DNA from: a virus
Length of the DNA: 64,000 nucleotides
UHGV virus genome: UHGV-1410950
Direction: 5' to 3' (one strand)
Position numbers and translations under genes: made by a program. Positions 36,821 through 42,972 of the stretch are shown in pieces; position 1 is the stretch's first letter; every line of letters begins with the position of its first letter. Below the pieces are notes generated by a model. The model did no database searches, had not been told where the DNA came from, and worked only from the letters and a program-made list of their open reading frames with translations.

Positions 36821-36854
36821 TTCGTTTATCTCGTTACCTTGGGTTGGTGAGATA

Positions 36855-36883
36855 AATATACGTCATGCGTGACGGGTGCGCAA
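36855..36883 (-). promoter_or_regulatory. sigma70-like promoter TTGCGC-17-TATATT with perfect palindrome CGTCACGCATGACG in the spacer
   Basis: Minus strand reads TTGCGCacccgtcacgcatgacgTATATT. Leader contains CTCACCAACCCAAGGT. Confidence 0.45.
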
Positions 36884-36949
36884 GGAGAAAATTACACAAT
36901 AACGAAAATATTATTGTTTGTTTGGACCCATGGTTAGGGGCCGGAGAGA

Positions 36950-37288
36950 TTAGTTACAGCGGACGGTGCCAAACGAATCGCGTCGGCAGGTGCTGCCATC
37001 GCTTCCCCGCGTCGTGCCGAAACTGTCCGTGCGCCAGCTGTTCCCATTGTTGTCACGGGTGGTGCCGAAACTGTCCGTGCGGTACACGGAGCCATCGCTG
37101 CCGCGCGTGGTACCAAACGAATCGGTGCGCCAGCTGTTTCCGTGATTATCGCGCGTTGTCCCGAAGGAGTCCGTGCGGTAGGTGGTACCATCATCACAGC
37201 GCGTGGTACCGAAGGAGTCAGATCGGCAGGTCAGCGCTGCGGCGTTAAAGCTGGCGGCAAGCGCCAGCAGGAGGATCAGTTTCTTCAT
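36950..37288 (-). CDS. secreted protein made of 16-aa tandem repeats (RTDSFGTTR-x7)
   Basis: Signal peptide MKKLILLLALAASFNAAAL, then 5.5 copies of RTDSFGTTR(D/G)(N/S).G(N/S).(W/Y). Underlying DNA has 48-bp periodicity. GAGAGG RBS. Confidence 0.65.
   Translation of the reverse strand: MKKLILLLALAASFNAAALTCRSDSFGTTRCDDGTTYRTDSFGTTRDNHGNSWRTDSFGTTRGSDGSVYRTDSFGTTRDNNGNSWRTDSFGTTRGSDGSTCRRDSFGTVRCN
36960..37250. repeat. intragenic 48-bp tandem DNA repeats (coding the 16-aa repeats)
   Basis: Repeated ...cgtgcgg.a....gga(g/a)(c/t)c... units at the nucleotide level. Confidence 0.7.
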
Positions 37289-37418
37289 AAGTACCTCTCT
37301 TAATAAAAATTGGCACATTGCCCCATGCGTTGCCACGGCTTGCATCGCCTTTCCCGGCCAGAGCATACCGCTCCCGGCAAAATATAATTACATCGCTATA
37401 TCCACGCTCACATGAATA

Positions 37419-37720
37419 TAACGCTGTATTAGCCCTTACCTCACCTTACCTCACCCTACCTCACCTTACCCTGCCATACCCGACCTCTGCTTTACTTCGC
37501 TATGCGCCCAAATCAGACGCATAACGCTGTATTAGCCCATGCCGCACCCAACCTCACCCTACCATACCCCACAAAGCCGTACCCAAACTTTACTTCGCTT
37601 TACCCCCGCGAACAGAGGTAAAACGCTGTATTAGCCCTAGCCTCACCCCTCCATACCGTGCCGTGCCTGACCGAACCGGGCCTTACCTCGACTTTATTTC
37701 GCTTTCAAATTTAATATAAT
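37419..37720. repeat. three tandem ~101-bp direct repeats (noncoding)
   Basis: Each unit starts with ATAACGCTGTATTAGCCC (37419, 37521, 37621). A ~55-nt C-rich, G-poor core follows with CCTCACC/CCATACC motifs. Each ends with ACTTTACTTCGCT. Confidence 0.85.
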
Positions 37721-38229
37721 TACGAACCAAAGACTGCATCTCGAATGTCTTTAATTTTCTTTTTATTCCCGCCTCCATCCAGTTTCATTTTGGCGTCGGC
37801 TAACCTGTTTTTTTCATGGTTAGTCATGCTGTCATCGCGGAGATTATTGAGCCGCAAGCGTGCCTTTTTATATCCACGCCTAATGGTCTTTTGCAATTCA
37901 TCGACAGCTACGCTGATTGCATCAGCGGCTGAGATCTGCTGATAGCCGATGCCAATAACTGCACGGAACTGAATTTTATGTTCCTCAGCCATGTGACGGA
38001 AAAATTCAGTCCGTCTTTTGAGGAATGTAACCTCCCATTGCTGGTGATCTTTTCTTTCACCAGAAGAAGGATAATCCGGGATTTCAAGCGCGGACTCAAA
38101 CCAACAGGTTGGGGTTACATCGCCGTCTTTATTTCCGTTAGCGATATATTTAGCCGCTGCTCTTTCTGCAAACCCAGACTGCGGACTATCTTCATCGAGA
38201 GAAATATCAATATTGTCAATATCAATCAT
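37720..38229 (-). CDS. hypothetical protein, distal gene of an AT-rich two-gene cassette
   Basis: 169-aa ORF. Low local GC. Start is 2 nt after the upstream stop. Confidence 0.55.
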   Translation of the reverse strand: MIDIDNIDISLDEDSPQSGFAERAAAKYIANGNKDGDVTPTCWFESALEIPDYPSSGERKDHQQWEVTFLKRRTEFFRHMAEEHKIQFRAVIGIGYQQISAADAISVAVDELQKTIRRGYKKARLRLNNLRDDSMTNHEKNRLADAKMKLDGGGNKKKIKDIRDAVFGS

Positions 38230-38230
38230 T

Positions 38231-38809
38231 TTATTCCACCTCGTCAGCGTAAATCACATCAAACCGCCCGAACTTTGGCCTGTAGTCGCAAATACCGATT
38301 TGAGTACCAGCTTCGATAAGTGCTTTCTTAACATCATGTGCGTCGATGTTTTTTTCATCGAACTGGATAATAAATTCCAGTGACCATTCATTAAATCTTG
38401 GTCTATAGCGCATAATTTTAGCCGCCCCCACCTTAACAGAGCGGGCATCATAGAATTTTTTATCCCACAACGACTCGATGCTTTTAGGCCCGTTATAAAT
38501 AAGCGGGATTTCGAGGCCGACAACCTCAACCGAACGCTTAAATAATGTTCCCAGCTTTGAAAGTTTAGCCGCTCCAATAAGAGCCGCTTCCACGATAGTT
38601 GTAGGGATAATAACTGATTCATCCCCAGCTAAATAAAGCGATGAGCGCCATTCGCTTTTTGCAATTTCGATATGGTCTTCATCGGTTTTTTTACGTTTAG
38701 CTGTCAGCAGCTTGTGCCGCTTCGTCAGCTCATTAAGTGGATCAGCAAATACATCAGCGTGCATAAGGAGTGGGCGGGAGCCCTCGATCTTGCATTTAAT
38801 GAAACTCAT
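38231..38809 (-). CDS. hypothetical protein, proximal gene of an AT-rich two-gene cassette
   Basis: 192-aa ORF with AAGGTAAGAAAT RBS. Own promoter upstream. Confidence 0.55.
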   Translation of the reverse strand: MSFIKCKIEGSRPLLMHADVFADPLNELTKRHKLLTAKRKKTDEDHIEIAKSEWRSSLYLAGDESVIIPTTIVEAALIGAAKLSKLGTLFKRSVEVVGLEIPLIYNGPKSIESLWDKKFYDARSVKVGAAKIMRYRPRFNEWSLEFIIQFDEKNIDAHDVKKALIEAGTQIGICDYRPKFGRFDVIYADEVE

Positions 38810-38834
38810 ATTTCTTACCTTGCCTTGCGTTTGA

Positions 38835-38872
38835 ATGTGAAAGGATTATCCATACAGTAACTGCAAAAATCA
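38835..38872 (-). promoter_or_regulatory. sigma70 promoter TTGATT-17-GATAAT for the AT-rich cassette
   Basis: Minus strand reads TTGATTtttgcagttactgtatgGATAAT, between terminator 38895-38919 and the ATG at 38809. Confidence 0.5.
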
Positions 38873-38894
38873 ACATCTTTTTTGATGCGCCCTT

Positions 38895-38919
38895 AAAAAA
38901 AAGCCCCGAATAACGGGGC
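38895..38919 (-). terminator. rho-independent terminator after gene 38925..39443
   Basis: gccccg-aataa-cggggc preceded on + by A8. Confidence 0.65.
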
Positions 38920-38924
38920 GTTTG

Positions 38925-39443
38925 TTATCGTTGCAGCAGCAGGTCAACCTGCCGTTTCAGGGCGGAGATCTCCCAGTCCTTTTCCTCAATCGCTTTATTC
39001 TTCTCGGTCAGCACCTGACGGCACATTTCATTCAGTTTGAGGACATCCTGCCTGACGCCTTCGATTCTGGCGTCGCGCTCGGCTACCTTGCAGCGTTCGA
39101 GGTGGAGCGCCTCGCAGGTTTTGCTGTGCGCATCAATCTCAGCTTTATAGGCTAGCTTAGTGGTCTGGTGATCTTCCTCTGATTTTGTCAGGGCCAGCCG
39201 CAGGCGCATCAATTCCAGCATATCGTTGCCGCCGAAACTAAACGGATCCTGATAGCTGTGCTGCGTGCGGCGATATTCGCGCTGCTCAGGCTGAACCTTT
39301 GCGCCGGGCACGTTGATAGTGCGCAGGTCGATCCCGGCCTGATTGGCATAAGCCACGGCACGACCGAAAGCCGTTGCGGCTTCCTCTTTGTTCGTGGTGC
39401 CGTAGGCCAGCGCCAGCAGCTTTTCAATTTTCGCCCTACTCAT
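38925..39443 (-). CDS. DUF2786-like N-terminal domain protein with coiled-coil C-terminus
   Basis: N-terminus MSRAKIEKLLALAYGTTNKEEAATAFGRAVAYANQAGIDL matches the DUF2786-type motif. Confidence 0.5.
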   Translation of the reverse strand: MSRAKIEKLLALAYGTTNKEEAATAFGRAVAYANQAGIDLRTINVPGAKVQPEQREYRRTQHSYQDPFSFGGNDMLELMRLRLALTKSEEDHQTTKLAYKAEIDAHSKTCEALHLERCKVAERDARIEGVRQDVLKLNEMCRQVLTEKNKAIEEKDWEISALKRQVDLLLQR

Positions 39444-39461
39444 AAAAACTTCCTCAGGTTG

Positions 39462-39502
39462 TATCTTGGGTTGTTGCGCCGGATTATAATCAAAAAAGAG
39501 GA
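39462..39502. promoter_or_regulatory. divergent promoter region with palindromic GATTATAATC (-10 readable on both strands)
   Basis: 70-bp gap between divergent genes. TATAAT at 39485-39490. AAGAGGAG RBS for the + gene. Minus leader has CAACCTGAGGAAG. Confidence 0.45.
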
Positions 39503-39514
39503 GATTGGAAGCAT

Positions 39515-39742
39515 ATGAAAAAACATTATTCCGAAATAAAGCCCCATGAGGAGGACTTTCTTTATCGTCGCCTCGCTGCTGTCTGTCCGGTCACACAGAA
39601 TGGCAGAAACATGGATATCGCGCTCCAGTGTGACGGTGACACGCTGACAGCCACCAGCGTCGCCTATGGTTATGGCCCCGTTATCGGGAAATGGGACACG
39701 CCAGAACTCAGCGACGGGCGGGTGAAGATTCCGCGCTCATAA
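39515..39742 (+). CDS. hypothetical protein
   Basis: 75 aa with a strong RBS. Confidence 0.55.
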   Translation: MKKHYSEIKPHEEDFLYRRLAAVCPVTQNGRNMDIALQCDGDTLTATSVAYGYGPVIGKWDTPELSDGRVKIPRS

Positions 39743-39810
39743 TCAAAAAAGAGGTTGCGCCACGTATGCCGTAAGGCTATTATTCAGCCATCTACTAAGA
39801 GGGACGGAAT

Positions 39811-40152
39811 ATGAAAAAGGTACTCATCGCGGCGCTGCTGGTTTCAGCCAGCGCGGCAGCAACAGAAACACCCGCAATGTCGTTTATCTGCCCGATGAGC
39901 GACGGCTCTCAGATGGTGATGCGCGTCTATGGCAATGACACCATTGACCTCTTTGAGGAGGGCACTGAACCGGGCGACCGTAAGATGCTGGTTAAGGTCA
40001 GCGAAACGCCTCAGGATGTGATGCTGCAAGTGTTTGACCGCAGCTCTCACCAGCTGGTTGGTACCGTCGCGGTTATCAATGGTAAAACCTCCCTGCTGGC
40101 TAACGACGCGGACGGCGATTGCAACATTACTCAGCGCCGGGGCTCAAAATGA
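39811..40152 (+). CDS. secreted/periplasmic protein
   Basis: Signal peptide MKKVLIAALLVSASAAA. The 16-mer ATAATCAAAAAAGAGG repeats upstream, as before 39515. Confidence 0.55.
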   Translation: MKKVLIAALLVSASAAATETPAMSFICPMSDGSQMVMRVYGNDTIDLFEEGTEPGDRKMLVKVSETPQDVMLQVFDRSSHQLVGTVAVINGKTSLLANDADGDCNITQRRGSK

Positions 40153-40520
40153 AAACTGTAGCAGCCATCGCGCTGATCATGCTCTCCGGCGCTGTGCAGG
40201 CCAAAAGCACCGCAGGCGAGCAGCATTACCCGAAAGGGATCTACCATTGCGTTGATGAAAAAGCGGGTAACTACCTGCTGCAAATCGGCCCCGGCAACGT
40301 GGCGGCGATGGTTGACGCTGAGGATATTGGCGAGCTCCGGCTGGCGTACATTACCGCCCGCGACAAGATCAATAACTTCACCGCTACAATGAACGTTGAA
40401 GGCGATTACATTGGCAAAGTCACCGTAACACCGACGACCGCGCTGATTTCTTTCCCTGATAACACCGTGGCGAAGTGCGATAATAAGCGCCCGGTAAACG
40501 CTGAGGAGTACCCGGAATGA
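40149..40520 (+). CDS. secreted/periplasmic protein
   Basis: Start MKTVAAIALIMLSGAVQA (signal peptide) in an ATGA overlap. Confidence 0.55.
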   Translation: MKTVAAIALIMLSGAVQAKSTAGEQHYPKGIYHCVDEKAGNYLLQIGPGNVAAMVDAEDIGELRLAYITARDKINNFTATMNVEGDYIGKVTVTPTTALISFPDNTVAKCDNKRPVNAEEYPE

Positions 40521-40699
40521 GAGTATTGGTAACGCACGATCACCCTAACCCGGCATCAGCTGCGGCGCATTGCTGGACGCTGGTCAACGGTGGCTGGCAG
40601 GCTCGCACCGTGCAGCGCGACGGTAAACATTTCGTTGAAGTGGGAGCATGGGTTGGCTATGCAAAAAACGCCCCGGCAGCAGGCCGTGGAAATAGCTGA
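40517..40699 (+). CDS. hypothetical small protein
   Basis: 60-aa ORF, coupled. Confidence 0.35.
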   Translation: MRVLVTHDHPNPASAAAHCWTLVNGGWQARTVQRDGKHFVEVGAWVGYAKNAPAAGRGNS

Positions 40700-40931
40700 G
40701 CAGGCGTATGAGGCGCTGTTAGCCTCCCGGCGCGGTGAAAGTCATCCACGGTTAATAAATTACATGGAGCGCAGCATCAGCGAGCGCCTGCAACGTGCGC
40801 AGGCATACGCTGAGGCCAAAGCTCTCGAACCGCAGCGTGAAGCTGTTAAACCTACCGCCAGCAGTGAGCCGCTTGGCCCGGTCGATGAAGCGATCCACCA
40901 TGGCCCCGGCTGGTCTCGCAGGAGTGACTAA
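40659..40931 (+). CDS. hypothetical protein
   Basis: Start MQKTPRQQAVEIAEQ. Confidence 0.45.
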   Translation: MQKTPRQQAVEIAEQAYEALLASRRGESHPRLINYMERSISERLQRAQAYAEAKALEPQREAVKPTASSEPLGPVDEAIHHGPGWSRRSD

Positions 40932-41137
40932 TGACTGAAAAAGTAGCTGGAATGACCGCTGAGGAGATCGTGCGCTTCCTCAAAGCGACTATTCAGAAGC
41001 ATTGCGGCGAACTGCCGAACTGCATCGAAGATTGCAGCCAGACCGATAATTTCCTGATCCAGTCTCACGTTATCGTTGGCGACATCTGCGAGAAGTTTGG
41101 CCTGTTTGCAGCACCGGATGAGGACTGGAAAGACTAA
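40931..41137 (+). CDS. hypothetical protein
   Basis: 68 aa with GGAGTGAC RBS. Confidence 0.5.
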   Translation: MTEKVAGMTAEEIVRFLKATIQKHCGELPNCIEDCSQTDNFLIQSHVIVGDICEKFGLFAAPDEDWKD

Positions 41138-41493
41138 TGGCAATGCGCGTCACTGAACCAAACACCAACGGGCGCGGTGGAAAGCGGGCTCAGTATAACA
41201 AGCTCGAATCGCGCCAGCGTGCCATTGAGAATGGAGATAACACCTACTGGTCGCCGTACCCGTGTAAGCGGGCGGGTCATATCGGCCTGCGTCGTACTAG
41301 CAGCGGCAAATGTATCGAATGTGAGCGGATGCGCAGCACTGAGCGCAAGAAGAAGCGCCACGATGATTTCAGAGCCAACATCACCCCAGCACCGCGCAGC
41401 CTTGGCGCTTATGCCCTTATGCGCGGCACCGACTTAACCCCGAACACAAAAAAAATGGAGCCGCAATGTCAGCCAAAGACGAAAAACAAGTGA
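41137..41493 (+). CDS. basic Cys-containing protein
   Basis: PCKRAGH ... GKCIECERMR. Confidence 0.5.
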   Translation: MAMRVTEPNTNGRGGKRAQYNKLESRQRAIENGDNTYWSPYPCKRAGHIGLRRTSSGKCIECERMRSTERKKKRHDDFRANITPAPRSLGAYALMRGTDLTPNTKKMEPQCQPKTKNK

Positions 41494-41753
41494 TCACCCA
41501 AGGTGCCGAAGGCCAGATCGATCCGGTCTCCGGCAAGCGCGTAAAATTATTTATTGATGGTCAGGAGGTGCAGCCTATTGACGCTGACAGCCTGCGCGTC
41601 GAGGTACCTGCCAAAGAGACCAAGCCGACAGATCCGCAGCCGGGTGAGACCAAAAGTAAGCACTTCATCCGCCTGTTCCGTGGCGCGTTCTTCGGGCCAA
41701 ACGCCATGCGTAACCACTCCGGCCTCAAGTTGAAGAAAGGGAAGCGCAAATGA
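41466..41753 (+). CDS. hypothetical protein
   Basis: GGAGCCGCAATG start. Confidence 0.5.
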   Translation: MSAKDEKQVITQGAEGQIDPVSGKRVKLFIDGQEVQPIDADSLRVEVPAKETKPTDPQPGETKSKHFIRLFRGAFFGPNAMRNHSGLKLKKGKRK

Positions 41754-42307
41754 AACTTGAAGACACCCAGACGCGCACCATCAAGATCTGGGATCTGCCG
41801 GAGTATTACGACATCATCCTGGTGAATCTCAGCAACACTTATCCCGGAGCCGGGCGTCTGACACTCACCGCCGACAGCGACAGCTGGAGCCACTACTGGA
41901 ATGCTATGGGCGAGGATCGCCCGCTTGAGCAATTCCTGCTGGACACCAACGTGGATTACATCGTCATGAAGCTGGGGAACGGAATCAGCAGCACGCTGGA
42001 TGAGCGCGACGATGAGCAGTGCGCCAAAGCCATCCAGCGGGCGATCCTCAAAGCTCGTCGTCGTGGAGACATCACGGCGGCAGAAGCTCATCAGGCTTAC
42101 TTCGACATCGAAGGTTGCGAGAATATTTATAATCGCTGGATGTATACCGATGATTTTTATGCCTGTGGTCGCGTTGACGATGACGATATCAAATGGCCTG
42201 AGCCACCATCTAACCCGGCATATGAGCGTCTGGAGTATGCCGTCACCAAAATGCGCGAAGCGCTTACCCAGTTGAAGGAGAAAACCGATGCCACTGCCAC
42301 CGTTTAA
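41750..42307 (+). CDS. hypothetical protein
   Basis: 185 aa, ATGA-coupled. The antisense 250-aa ORF is rejected. Confidence 0.55.
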   Translation: MKLEDTQTRTIKIWDLPEYYDIILVNLSNTYPGAGRLTLTADSDSWSHYWNAMGEDRPLEQFLLDTNVDYIVMKLGNGISSTLDERDDEQCAKAIQRAILKARRRGDITAAEAHQAYFDIEGCENIYNRWMYTDDFYACGRVDDDDIKWPEPPSNPAYERLEYAVTKMREALTQLKEKTDATATV

Positions 42308-42707
42308 TGACACATTCCCGCACGTATCAGTTGATGTCAGCGAACTGAATCAGCTGCGGGCCATCAGGGACGCCGCCATGCAGCTGCTGCGCTGCAAAGG
42401 TCGCTACCACTCCGAACTTAATTACAAAGCGCTGGCTGAGGCGCTGGGCGTTACCTCAATCCCCGACTTTAGCCCGTGGCATGAACGAAATAAAACCCAG
42501 CCTATCCTGCCGGAATCACAGGTGGCCGGAGGTGACATTCTTGATGCGGTTCCGGTACTGACGCGCTGGAAGGGGCAACGGCATCCCTGCGTCGGCTACT
42601 ATATTGGCAATAACCAATTCCAGCACGCTGACGGAACATTAGAGGGATCGGTTGGCTGGGGTGGCAAGGTTTACCAGTGTGTTGAATGGCTGGAGTTGCC
42701 AGAATGA
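42288..42707 (+). CDS. hypothetical protein
   Basis: GGAGAAAACCGATG start. Confidence 0.55.
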   Translation: MPLPPFNDTFPHVSVDVSELNQLRAIRDAAMQLLRCKGRYHSELNYKALAEALGVTSIPDFSPWHERNKTQPILPESQVAGGDILDAVPVLTRWKGQRHPCVGYYIGNNQFQHADGTLEGSVGWGGKVYQCVEWLELPE

Positions 42708-42943
42708 CCGCGCGTGCATACATGGGGCCGAAGCGCCGGGATCAGTTTGTCGATCCGCTGCCGGGCGCAATCATGAAGGCACGCCAGATGAACATGGACG
42801 ATCCGAATCACGCGCATTTCTGCGTCGTGCAGTGTCATGGGGAGGTGCAGGTGCTGCGGCATATCGACACCAGCTGGCGAGTGCTCTACAGCACGCGGCA
42901 TGACGAGGAAAAGAAGACGTTCCTCAGGCAAAAGTACCATTAA
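42704..42943 (+). CDS. hypothetical protein
   Basis: Start MTARAYMGPKRR in an ATGA overlap. Confidence 0.45.
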   Translation: MTARAYMGPKRRDQFVDPLPGAIMKARQMNMDDPNHAHFCVVQCHGEVQVLRHIDTSWRVLYSTRHDEEKKTFLRQKYH

Positions 42944-42944
42944 A

Positions 42945-42972
42945 AATAAAGCCCCTCACGGGGCTTTTTTTA
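42945..42972. terminator. bidirectional rho-independent terminator
   Basis: gcccc-tcac-ggggc flanked by A-rich on the 5' side and T7 on the 3' side. Separates the convergent rightward operon and the primase gene. Confidence 0.7.

Noticed and set aside
37419-37720. CRISPR array interpretation of the tandem repeats
   Set aside because: Only an 18-mer is well conserved per ~101-bp unit, the intervening sequence is itself partially repeated, and there is no cas gene or leader. Treated instead as tandem direct repeats.
41561-42313. 250-aa minus-strand ORF
   Set aside because: Antisense to the plus-strand gene 41750..42307, which is in-operon and ATGA-coupled. The minus-strand translation looks non-protein-like.
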